NCBI GenBank assembly: GCA_964595345.1
Contig: CAZQPY010000008.1
Location: forward strand, 20,496-84,495
DNA from: an uncultured Terracidiphilus sp.
Lineage (GTDB): Bacteria > Acidobacteriota > Terriglobia > Terriglobales > Acidobacteriaceae
Length of the DNA: 64,000 bases
Reading direction: 5' to 3'
This document shows, piece after piece, positions 43,762 through 52,823 of the stretch. The notes beneath the pieces are model-generated. The model worked only from the letters and a program-made list of their open reading frames with translations, was not told the DNA's origin and did not search any database. The translations under genes and the position numbers were made by a program. Numbering within the stretch: the stretch's first letter is position 1; each line of letters begins with the position of its first letter.

Positions 43762-44826
43762 TTGAAGAAGAGACAGTTGGTCATGGGCCTGGTTGTGTTA
43801 GCTCTGCTGGCGGCACTGGTGGTTTGGGGCCGCGACCGGATACATTTTGACTTCCGGGTTTTTCAGACCCAGCTTGCCTTGGCCGACTGGGGCAAGATTG
43901 GCCTCGGCCTGGCCTGCATCTATCTTGGTTACGTCATCCGAAGCGTGCGTTGGGCGCTCCTGCTGCGGCACAACAAGAAGGTTCCTCTATTTTCGCTGGT
44001 GGGCACGCAGGTGATTGGTTTTACGGGCGTGGCGCTGGTTGGCCGCGTGGCGGATCTGGTGCGGCCCTATCTTGTTGCCAGGAAAACCGGCCTGCCGTTG
44101 ACCACCCAGATTGCCGTATACATTGTGGAGCGGCTGTTCGATGCCGGATCGATGGCGCTGATCTTCTCTCTAGCCATTGTGCTTGCCCCTGCGGGGTCAC
44201 TTCCGCATCCGGAAAAGGTACGTCACACGGGCATGATCGGGCTGCTGCTCACGGTATTCGGGGCGGCATTTCTGGTAGCGATTCGTACAACAGGTGGATT
44301 GGTAGCGTCCTTCTTCGGCAAGGCATTCGGGCTGATCTCAAAGAATCTCGGACATGCGGTCGAGCACAAGATTCACACATTTCAGGCCGGGCTCGACACC
44401 ATGCGCTCCTTCGGCGATTTCGCCGCCACCGCATCGTTATCGATCTTCATGTGGTTGCTGATTGCTCTGGCTTATCTGGAAACAATGCAAGCGTTTGTCG
44501 CCAGTCCGGAATTGGCGGCCATCACCCCAGCGAAATGCGTACTGATGATGGCCGTGAGCGGCGTAACAAGTATTGTCCAGTTGCCGGTAATTGGTTGGTT
44601 TACGCAGATTGGCCTGGTGGCTACCGCCATTTCGAACTTCTTTGGCGCCAGCGCCGAGGCTTCGACGGCCTGCGCGGCCACGATTCTGCTGGTTACCTTT
44701 CTGGGGATTGTGCCCGTCGGCCTGATCTGGGCTCGCTTTGAGCATGTAAGCCTGCGCAAGATCACCGCGGAAAGCGAACACGCCAGCGTGGATTTGCCGG
44801 TAGAGCCAGAAGAAGCACCCTTATAG
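43762..44826 (+). CDS. UPF0104/LPG-synthase-TM-type flippase-like membrane protein
   Basis: About 8 TM helices. The early motif YVIRSVRWALLLR is typical of the family. TTG start. Confidence 0.7.
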   Translation: MKKRQLVMGLVVLALLAALVVWGRDRIHFDFRVFQTQLALADWGKIGLGLACIYLGYVIRSVRWALLLRHNKKVPLFSLVGTQVIGFTGVALVGRVADLVRPYLVARKTGLPLTTQIAVYIVERLFDAGSMALIFSLAIVLAPAGSLPHPEKVRHTGMIGLLLTVFGAAFLVAIRTTGGLVASFFGKAFGLISKNLGHAVEHKIHTFQAGLDTMRSFGDFAATASLSIFMWLLIALAYLETMQAFVASPELAAITPAKCVLMMAVSGVTSIVQLPVIGWFTQIGLVATAISNFFGASAEASTACAATILLVTFLGIVPVGLIWARFEHVSLRKITAESEHASVDLPVEPEEAPL

Positions 44827-44949
44827 AGGATTTCTCTTCTGCTGCCGCAGCGGTGCCTTTCCAGGCTGCGGCATAAGGCTCAAATTCGGGCAGATTGCTG
44901 CTTTGGCGCTTGTGACCTGTCTTCGAATCACAAGCATCATTGAACGCTT

Positions 44950-45627
44950 CTACCTGACGGCCTCTTCGACCGATCCAATTGCAACAGGGGCCGTGAAGCG
45001 AATGGCGTCCGGACAAACCGCGCCTCCGGTCATCAGCATGCTCATCGCCTGTTCCATGGTCAAATCGGTCTCCACGACGCGCTCCAGGGGAAGCACCTGC
45101 AAAAATGCAGACGTCGGATTGATCGCATTCGGCAGCAACACGGCCGCCAGTTCCCTGCCGGTGGTGGAGTCGGTCATGGTTCGGGTCAAAAACCCAATGC
45201 TCTTTTGGCCAACAATCGGGAAGTCAACCAGTACCACCCTCTGACTGGTTTCATTCTTGGCCATCATGGTGTCGAGCAATTGACGCACCGAGCCGTAAAT
45301 CTTGGCCACAAGCGGCAAACGTTCCAGCAAGGACTCAAAGAGGCTGAACGCCTGGCGACCGATGACCAGCGAGGTCACTTGCCCGACGACGAACAGCACC
45401 ACCAGTGTGAGAAGGACGGCCAACACAGGCTGAAGCAAGGGATGCGCCAGCCATTCCACGGGAAAGGACACCGCCAGCAGGCGCACCACCGGCAATCCCG
45501 CTTTGGCCAGCCCACCCAGCAGAAAGCTGAAGATCTGGTAGGTGACGAACAGAGGCCCAATGGTGATAACGCCAGCCAGAATATTGCGCTGCAAGCTGCG
45601 CAATGGGCGAGTGAGGACTCGTTTCAC
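44950..45627 (-). CDS. DUF502-family membrane protein
   Basis: ILAGVITIGPLFVTYQIFSFL N-terminus, two TM helices, and a soluble C-terminal domain. Confidence 0.75.
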   Translation of the reverse strand: MKRVLTRPLRSLQRNILAGVITIGPLFVTYQIFSFLLGGLAKAGLPVVRLLAVSFPVEWLAHPLLQPVLAVLLTLVVLFVVGQVTSLVIGRQAFSLFESLLERLPLVAKIYGSVRQLLDTMMAKNETSQRVVLVDFPIVGQKSIGFLTRTMTDSTTGRELAAVLLPNAINPTSAFLQVLPLERVVETDLTMEQAMSMLMTGGAVCPDAIRFTAPVAIGSVEEAVR

Positions 45628-45896
45628 GTGCTACTCCAATTCCGAAAATGCTCTGGATTTGAGGATACCTGAGCGGCGTTAACCAGTTGCCGACGCGTGC
45701 TTTTCCCCCGCGCACGCACACCCGTTCCCAAGGACAAGCTGACGGAATTAGACACAGGATCGCAAAACACGTTACATTTCAGTGATCTGCGGCAAGCGGA
45801 CGGGTGGGCTTTTGAGCAGCTCGCCGCGCAAGTCCTATGGCTGAAGTCTGCCCGAAAGCGAACAGCCCCCTATATATTGTATGGAGAAGGATTTTG

Positions 45897-46544
45897 ATGA
45901 GCACAGGACCGGGATTTGGCTTGAATGTACCGGGTCGTCGGCTACAGGACGCAAAGGAAGCGGAGTCACGTGTCGTTGGGGCTCCCTTGCCCGTCGGCCA
46001 CAGCGGCCACTCTGCCTTGAATCCCCATCCGGAAGATGCGGCAGGCTATCGGACTGCTCCTGGCCCCGGTCGTGCTCTCCCAACCTCCGCGTTCCCATCC
46101 AACTCCACGCCGGAGACCTTCAGCCTGCAGCGTGCCTTTAGCCAGGCCTTGCCCTACGTACATAAGCTGCTGCCCATCCTGGACGGCAACATCGCCAGCG
46201 CCTTGGCAAACTTGTTGGCAGCACGCCCACCGGCTCCGACCCCGGCCCCGGTCATCAATCTGGAGCCTATTGAAGACGGATTGACCGCATTGCAGACTCA
46301 GCAACTCGATTTGCGCTCACAGGTTTTCGAACAGAACTCTTCCCTGAAGAGAGTTGAAGACCAGCTTGAAATGGTGCGCGAGGCAACTGACCGCAATACG
46401 CTCGAGCAGCAGGAACTCATGGAAGATCTCAAGGCGGTAGGCGGAAAGGTCAATCGTGTCGCCGTCATAGCCCTACTGCTTCTGGCTGCCTCCATTGCCC
46501 TGAACGTCATGCTCTATCTGCACATCTCCCGCTTGCTTCCTTAA
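45897..46544 (+). CDS. hypothetical tail-anchored coiled-coil protein
   Basis: ATG 45897. Pro/Gly-rich, probably disordered N-terminus, a heptad-like segment (LRSQVFEQNSSLKRVEDQLEMVREA), and a C-terminal TM helix VAVIALLLLAASIALNVMLYL. Confidence 0.5.
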   Translation: MSTGPGFGLNVPGRRLQDAKEAESRVVGAPLPVGHSGHSALNPHPEDAAGYRTAPGPGRALPTSAFPSNSTPETFSLQRAFSQALPYVHKLLPILDGNIASALANLLAARPPAPTPAPVINLEPIEDGLTALQTQQLDLRSQVFEQNSSLKRVEDQLEMVREATDRNTLEQQELMEDLKAVGGKVNRVAVIALLLLAASIALNVMLYLHISRLLP

Positions 46545-46905
46545 CAGCACTGCCAGAATCCGCCCGGGAGGGGTCAGTTTTCGTTGGTTCGGAGAGGGTA
46601 TTCCCACGTTGGATCTCTCTTTCACCGCATCAACAACGTTTTACTTATTGTGAAGGCTACTTTCTAACATTCTGCTTTCTTCCTCAAAGTCAGTGATGAA
46701 GGATGTTGCCAGTCGTCTTTGCGTGGGGCTAGTATTCGGCTTAGCTGGATCGGCTTGGCTCTCTTGATCCGCTCTCTTGCAAGTCGGGCTCCCGCAGTCA
46801 GGCCCCTCGAAGTTCGGTATTTAAGCGCTATGCAGTTGTTCCCAAGTTCACAGAGCTTCACCAACGAGCGGCGCTGACCGGCGTCCGCGTACGGAGTGTC
46901 TCGTT

Positions 46906-47727
46906 ATGGCGTGGTATGCCTACTGCATCGGTGAGAAACAAGCGTTTCCTGAATTGGCCCGTCATCGCAAACCTGTTCCGATGGAATCCATCCTCGGAGT
47001 GAGCGGCAACCAAGTATTTCTCTATCCCGCCAGCGATCTTGCCGTAATCGTAAGCGAACACAATCCTGCTGAAACCTTCAACCAAAAGTCCGGCATCGAC
47101 CATGCCCGGGTAATTGCCGATTGCTTTCAGCATTCGACGGTGCTCCCATTCCGCTTTGGCACCGTATTCAACGACGATGAAACCCTGCGGAAGTCGATTC
47201 GCTCGAATCAGCGCCAGTTTTTGGGCAATATCGAAAAGCTGCGGGGCAAAACCGAAATGCATTTGAAGATCCTGGTAGATGATTGCTGCGCGCGTTCGCT
47301 GGAGAAGCATTTGCCGGCGGAGGGCGTAGGCCGGGAGTATCTGAGCAATCTGCGGGAGAGCGCGTCTCGCCAGCGGGAGCGTCAGACCCGCGCACGCGCG
47401 GTCAGCTTTCAAATGCATCGGCAATTCACCCCTCTGGATGAGGAAGTGAGCTGCCGTCTGACCGAGAGCGGCAAGATGGTGTTGGATATCGCCCACTTGA
47501 TTGACCGCAAAAGTGTGGAGCGGTACCAGAACAAATTTGCCAGCACCTGCAACATGATGCGGGAGTGCCAGATGCAAATGTCCGGCCCGTGGCCTCCTTA
47601 TCACTTTGTGCACCGCCTCACCCGCGGGGCACACGTGGCCCAGCAACACGGCATCGCGGCTCAGTCGCTGCCTGCTGTCGCAGCACCGACTGTCCATCTG
47701 CCAGATCCGGTAGCAGTGTTGGCTTGA
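46906..47727 (+). CDS. GvpL/GvpF-family protein (gas-vesicle accessory protein homologue), orphan
   Basis: YAYCIGE N-terminus, HARVIADCFQHSTVLPFRFGTVF, LRGKTEMHLKI, and MSGPWPPYHF follow the GvpL/GvpF pattern as I remember it. Confidence 0.7.
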   Translation: MAWYAYCIGEKQAFPELARHRKPVPMESILGVSGNQVFLYPASDLAVIVSEHNPAETFNQKSGIDHARVIADCFQHSTVLPFRFGTVFNDDETLRKSIRSNQRQFLGNIEKLRGKTEMHLKILVDDCCARSLEKHLPAEGVGREYLSNLRESASRQRERQTRARAVSFQMHRQFTPLDEEVSCRLTESGKMVLDIAHLIDRKSVERYQNKFASTCNMMRECQMQMSGPWPPYHFVHRLTRGAHVAQQHGIAAQSLPAVAAPTVHLPDPVAVLA

Positions 47728-47797
47728 ACGAATGTTCACAGTGAAGAAAAAGCCCCGGCATCTGCCGGGGCTTTTTCATCTCAGAGCGGTTCCGCAC

Positions 47798-48463
47798 TCA
47801 GGGCAATGCCTGCGTGTTTGTGCTCTTGGCGCGCGAAAGAACAAACGACTTGCGCCGATCCTTGTTGCGGCTATCCTTCGAAGCGTGGTCGATCTTCTTC
47901 CAGAATCCGATGAAATAATCGACGACCGAAACCGTCGAGACGAGCACCGTAAAGTAGACCGCGGTCACGGCGAACCACTTCACAGGGACGATGAAGATTC
48001 CAAACTGCCACTGAAACCAGTGATGAGCAAGGATCGCGGAGACCACCGATACGATCTGGATGACCGTCTTGAGCTTTCCCAGATCGCTGGCCTGGATGGT
48101 GAACCCCTCCGAGGAGGCGATGGAACGTAACCCGGAGATGAGAAACTCGCGGCTGATGATGACCACCGCGATCCAGACTTTGACAACCGAGGGGTTGTAG
48201 GCCACCAGGGCGATCAGAGCTGACGTGACCATCACCTTGTCGGCGAGGGGATCGAGCAACATCCCCATGGTGGTGATCTGGTTCCGGCGGCGGGCCAGAT
48301 AACCATCTATACCGTCGGTGATGGAAGCGAGAACGAACAAGACCGAAGCAGCAATCTCCTGCTCGCCATGCGTTCCCTGCCAGGGATAGCGGGTGGAAAG
48401 AATCCAGAGAAAAAGCGGAATCATGACGATCCGGCTCATCGTGATTGAGTTGGGAAGGTTCAT
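47798..48463 (-). CDS. pgsA: CDP-diacylglycerol--glycerol-3-phosphate 3-phosphatidyltransferase
   Basis: CDP-alcohol phosphatidyltransferase motif DGIDGYLARR...GMLLDPLADK, with multiple TM helices. Confidence 0.9.
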   Translation of the reverse strand: MNLPNSITMSRIVMIPLFLWILSTRYPWQGTHGEQEIAASVLFVLASITDGIDGYLARRRNQITTMGMLLDPLADKVMVTSALIALVAYNPSVVKVWIAVVIISREFLISGLRSIASSEGFTIQASDLGKLKTVIQIVSVVSAILAHHWFQWQFGIFIVPVKWFAVTAVYFTVLVSTVSVVDYFIGFWKKIDHASKDSRNKDRRKSFVLSRAKSTNTQALP

Positions 48464-48695
48464 TGATTAGCCCAGAACTTACAAGGATTTTCGCTGGATT
48501 GCACCCGTGGAACCCGGCCTTGCCGAGAGGTCGCAGAACTCAAAAACTTCCCACTTCTTCCCCATGGACGCCGAAAAGCCCAAGCCACCGCTACCACAAC
48601 TATAACCGCGTTCACTCGCCGACTCTTCACGTAACGGTAACCAAGCCCCTTTTGGGTCCTGCGGAATCGCTCGATTTACCTTCAGCCTCCCAGTT

Positions 48696-49430
48696 TCACT
48701 GGTTGTCGAAGAGCGAAGGCGGCGGCGCGGGAGCAGCCTCATCCGCTGGCTCATTCTCTTGGGGCTGAAGGAGTTGCGGATCGTTGTTGCGGACGTTCCC
48801 CACCCTCGCGCTAACCGGCCAGGCCCGCATTTGCTCTGAGGGAAAGGGCTTGAGGAGTTCAGCTAGACTGGAAGCACCGGTTTCAGGATTCAGCCACCGG
48901 TCATAGTCTGGCGGTTGAAGGATCACCGGCATCCGGTTGTGAATGGCAGCCATCAATTGATTGGGCTCGGATGTTAGCACGGTGAAGGTGTCCAGCGGCG
49001 GGCCGTCTTTCGGTTTCCAGCGCTCCCACAGCCCGGCAAGGGCAAATGGCTCGCCCCCGGCCAGGGCAATCGCGTGCGGGTTCCTTGACTTCCCTGCCCC
49101 CCGTTGCCATTCGTAGAAAGCGTTTGCCGGGACCAGACAGCGTCGCTTCTTCATCGCTTCTCGAAATGCAGGCTTGGAAGCGGCATCTTCGGCGCGCGCA
49201 TTGATCGTCGAGAAGCCGATCTTTGGGTCCTTTGCCCAGGAGGGAACAAGTCCCCAGCGAGCCAAAGCGCATTCCCGGCCGCTCAACTTCGCGTTCGCTC
49301 GCACAATAGGCTGCGTGCTTTGCGGGGCGATGTTAAAACTGGGGACGAAAAAGGGCATCTCCTCCAGGTTGATTCCAAACCAGTCGGCGAGAACTTCCTG
49401 CGTTGATCGGCGAGCAAAGCGGCCGCACAT
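48696..49430 (-). CDS. SOS-response-associated peptidase (SRAP/YedK family)
   Basis: ATG 49430 gives the obligatory MCGRF N-terminus. NIAPQ and NAFYEW motifs are present. Confidence 0.85.
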   Translation of the reverse strand: MCGRFARRSTQEVLADWFGINLEEMPFFVPSFNIAPQSTQPIVRANAKLSGRECALARWGLVPSWAKDPKIGFSTINARAEDAASKPAFREAMKKRRCLVPANAFYEWQRGAGKSRNPHAIALAGGEPFALAGLWERWKPKDGPPLDTFTVLTSEPNQLMAAIHNRMPVILQPPDYDRWLNPETGASSLAELLKPFPSEQMRAWPVSARVGNVRNNDPQLLQPQENEPADEAAPAPPPSLFDNQ

Positions 49431-49633
49431 ACTGGAAGATGATACCGAATTCGCTAACAATCGGAATCAATCTGGTCAGTGACATGGATTCTCGGGATTG
49501 CCCTGGAGGGCCCCGGATTCTGCGGCCAACAGGTACCCCGATTCCCTATAATCGAAACAGAAACCCCGTCCTCACGGCCAGTGGCGCGCCAAACAGCGCC
49601 TCGCTCCAAACGGGAACGAAAGAGAGTTCCGGC

Positions 49634-51244
49634 TTGCTTAAGTTCAAACTCACTACCCAGGTTCAAATTGCCCTTATCTCCATGTTTGTGCTGATTCTGG
49701 TCACCGACACGGCCGGCATTTTTTCTCTTCACACGCAGCGGCGGCTTTCTGCCCAGGTGGAAGCTCAAAATCAGAAAAGGTCGCTGGCTCTGACCGCTCA
49801 GCTGACATTGGAAATGCAGGCAAACGCCGTACGCGGATTCATGCTTAGCCGTTCCGAGACGATCCGGTCGCGGGACGACGTGGGCAGGCAGCAGTTCGCC
49901 AGCGCGGTGCAAGAGCTAAAGACGGCCGCCATCTCCGATGAAGAGCGACGTGCAATCGCGAATATCGAGGCCGCTTATCTGCCTTACCGTACGGTCTGCG
50001 ACCAGTTGATCCAGATAACCCGGGACGGCAAGGTTCCCGATGCGCTTGCGATCATGGCTGGCCCCGAGTTTGGCCAGACGCGGGAAAACTTATTGCAATC
50101 GCTCACCGGTCTCGGCGAGCAAGCGGCCCAGCAAAAGCAGGAGGCGCTTCGCGAAATGGCAGCCAGCCAGAACCGGGCAGAGATGATCTCGCTTGTTCTG
50201 CTGGTGATTGCCTTTGGTTTCGGCACTGTGGTTTCCTGGTCGGTGTCCAGCGCTCTACGCGAAAAGACGCAGTCGCTCGGTTCGATGATCGAGAAGATGG
50301 CCGCCGGTGAGTTAAACATGCCGGACACCGAAACCAACGGTTCCGACGAGTTGAGCCACGCTCTTGAATTGCTCAATACGATGAAGAACAACTTTCAGTC
50401 CCTCATACAGAACATCAGTCTGGGTGCGCAGCAGATCTCGAATGTGAGCAACGAGATTGTCGCCGCGGCATCGGCCCAGGCGCAAAGCGCGGAATTGCAG
50501 CGCAGCCAGACGCTGCAGGTGGCCAGCGCGATGGTGGAAATGACGGCAAGCCTGCGCGAAGTGGCCCAAAACACTGCCGCCGTGGCTCGCGTTTCAGAAG
50601 AGGCAACGGGAATTGCGGGAGAAGGCGGGGATGTGGTGAGCCATGCTCTGGCATCGATGCGGACGATTGCCGAGTCCGTCGACGCGACCTCTGTCAAGGT
50701 CGGGGAACTGGGTCAGGGTTCGCAGCGCATCGGCCAAATCACCCAAGTGATCGACGAAATCGCGAACCAGACCAATCTGCTGGCGTTGAATGCCGCCATC
50801 GAAGCCGCCCGGGCTGGAGAAGCTGGACGCGGATTTGCCGTGGTAGCCGGCGAAGTCCGGCGGCTCGCCGAGCGCACCGGCCAGGCCACCAAGGAAATCA
50901 CCGAGATGATTAGCGGCCTTCGCAGCGGAACCGACGCCGCAGTTGCATCGATGAGCGACGGCAAGCACCAGGTTGAGCAGGGAGTGGCCACGACAGAGAT
51001 GGCCGGCGAGAGCCTTTCCCGAATCATCACCACCGTTGGCGAAGTGGGACACATGGTGGCGCAAATTGCAGCCGCAACAACCGAGCAGGCCGCGGCAACC
51101 GGAGAAGTGCAAGCCAATATCGAGGAAATCTCAGCTCTGACGCAGAAGTCGGCGGATGCCGCTGTTGCTACCGAGAAGCAGTGCGCCACGCTGAATGAGT
51201 TCTCGGCTGCACTGATGTTCTCGGTTGAGCAGTTTCAGATTTGA
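49634..51244 (+). CDS. methyl-accepting chemotaxis protein
   Basis: N-terminal TM and helical sensor, second TM plus HAMP, and the conserved signalling hairpin NLLALNAAIEAARAGEAGRGFAVVAGEVRRLAERT. The TTG 49634 start is uncertain. Confidence 0.85.
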   Translation: MLKFKLTTQVQIALISMFVLILVTDTAGIFSLHTQRRLSAQVEAQNQKRSLALTAQLTLEMQANAVRGFMLSRSETIRSRDDVGRQQFASAVQELKTAAISDEERRAIANIEAAYLPYRTVCDQLIQITRDGKVPDALAIMAGPEFGQTRENLLQSLTGLGEQAAQQKQEALREMAASQNRAEMISLVLLVIAFGFGTVVSWSVSSALREKTQSLGSMIEKMAAGELNMPDTETNGSDELSHALELLNTMKNNFQSLIQNISLGAQQISNVSNEIVAAASAQAQSAELQRSQTLQVASAMVEMTASLREVAQNTAAVARVSEEATGIAGEGGDVVSHALASMRTIAESVDATSVKVGELGQGSQRIGQITQVIDEIANQTNLLALNAAIEAARAGEAGRGFAVVAGEVRRLAERTGQATKEITEMISGLRSGTDAAVASMSDGKHQVEQGVATTEMAGESLSRIITTVGEVGHMVAQIAAATTEQAAATGEVQANIEEISALTQKSADAAVATEKQCATLNEFSAALMFSVEQFQI

Positions 51245-51246
51245 CG

Positions 51247-51266
51247 CTGGAAGATCTCTCTTCCAG
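51247..51266 (+). terminator. hairpin directly after the MCP stop
   Basis: CTGGAAGA-TCTC-TCTTCCAG is a perfect 8-bp stem, but no T-run follows. Confidence 0.3.
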
Positions 51267-51300
51267 AGCCTTCGAATTTCCCTTGGGCATTTTGCGGAAT

Positions 51301-51326
51301 GGCTAAAGCCCAGCCCCTTCAAGGGC
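51301..51326. repeat. solo copy of the GGCTAAAGCC...TTCAA repeat family seen at 7333-7497
   Basis: GGCTAAAGCCCAGCCCCTTCAAGGGC, compared with GGCTAAAGCCGTGCCCTTTCAAAGCC at 7475-7500. Confidence 0.5.
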
Positions 51327-51632
51327 GGGTCATAAGGTGACTTCCAGTAGTTGTATACCGGCGATCCCTGTTTCGGGGAGGGATCGCAGCTTCAGTTTTG
51401 TAAGCGCCCGATAATGGAAATTCCAACGCCTGTTGAGCCAACAATAAATTCGAAGATCGCGTAGTGGCAGCCACGTGCGCTCATCCGCTTTTCGACGCCG
51501 CTTTACCCGCCGGAATATGGCGACTCTTGCGCAAGTCCCGGCACTCGAGTCGGAAGCAGTCGCCGGCAGACGCGGTTGACGGGCCCTACACGCGATTGTG
51601 GTAGGTTAAAAGTGGGAGTAAGTGGAAGAAAA

Positions 51633-52604
51633 ATGCAGCCAATTTCGTCGTTTATCAAGCACCATTATCGTCACTTCAACGCTGCCGCGCTGGTGGATGC
51701 CGCTGAAGCCTACAACGCCCATCTCGCCGCAGGCGGAAAAATGTTTGTGACCATCGGCGGCGCCATGAGCACCGCGGAGTTGGGCCTTTCGCTGGCCGAG
51801 ATGATCCGGCAGGGCAAGATTCACGGGATCAGCTGCACGGGCGCCAACCTCGAAGAAGATGTCTTCAACCTGGTGGCCCATGATTTCTATGAGCGCGTGC
51901 CGCATTACCGCGACCTCACTCCCGCCGACGAGTCGGCCCTGCTGGCCCGGCATATGAACCGCGTCACCGACACTTGCATTCCCGAGATGGAAGCCATGCG
52001 CCGCATTGAGAATGTTGTTCTGGCGGAGTGGGTGAAGGCCGACAAAGCCGGGGAACGCTACTTCCCCCACGAATTCATGTACAAGATCCTGCTTTCCGGC
52101 GACCTGAAAGATTCCTACCAGATCGATCCCAAGAACAGCTGGCTGCTGGCCGCCGCTGAGAAGAACCTGCCCATCTTCGTGCCCGGCTGGGAAGATTCGA
52201 CGCTCGGCAACATGTTCAGTGGCCACTGCATCGGCGGCGACGTCAAGAACGTGCACACCGTCCGCACCGGCATTGAGTACATGATGGAGCTGGCCGAGTG
52301 GTACACGGAGCTGACCAAGACCGCGTCCCTCGGATTTTTCCAGATTGCCGGCGGCATCTCCGGCGACTTCCCCATCTGCGTAGTCCCCATGCTCCACCAA
52401 GACTTGCAGCGTACCAATGTTCCGCTGTGGGGATACTTTTGCCAGATCAGCGATTCGACGACAAGCTATGGATCGTACTCCGGCGCGGTGCCGAACGAGA
52501 AGATCACGTGGGGAAAGCTGGGCGAGATGACGCCCAAGTTCATCATCGAATCCGACGCTTCCATCGTCGCGCCGCTGATCTTTGCGTACGTGCTGGGCTG
52601 GTAG
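51633..52604 (+). CDS. deoxyhypusine synthase-like protein
   Basis: ATG 51633. Length and motifs (TIGGAMSTAELG, ISCTGANLEEDV, FVPGWEDSTLGN, DSTTSYGSYSGA) fit the DHS/homospermidine-synthase-like family. Confidence 0.8.
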   Translation: MQPISSFIKHHYRHFNAAALVDAAEAYNAHLAAGGKMFVTIGGAMSTAELGLSLAEMIRQGKIHGISCTGANLEEDVFNLVAHDFYERVPHYRDLTPADESALLARHMNRVTDTCIPEMEAMRRIENVVLAEWVKADKAGERYFPHEFMYKILLSGDLKDSYQIDPKNSWLLAAAEKNLPIFVPGWEDSTLGNMFSGHCIGGDVKNVHTVRTGIEYMMELAEWYTELTKTASLGFFQIAGGISGDFPICVVPMLHQDLQRTNVPLWGYFCQISDSTTSYGSYSGAVPNEKITWGKLGEMTPKFIIESDASIVAPLIFAYVLGW

Positions 52605-52636
52605 TTTCAAGAGGCTCTTCGGAGTCAGAAAAGAAG

Positions 52637-52663
52637 GGGGCCGGCCATTGCCGGTCCCCTTTT
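52637..52663 (+). terminator. rho-independent terminator after the DHS-like gene
   Basis: GGGGCCGG-CCATTG-CCGGTCCCC followed by TTTT. Confidence 0.55.
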
Positions 52664-52823
52664 GTATTGTCGCGATTCTCATGTGAAATCACGGATTGAG
52701 GAACAAGATCGCGGTGCCAAAGCCGTTCAAGGGGATGGTCATCCGCGTAGCTGTGGTCACGCTGACAGAAGCCGGGTCTGTCGGCAGCCCGCACAATGAA
52801 GGCCCGCAGGCGAAATCGGGCAG

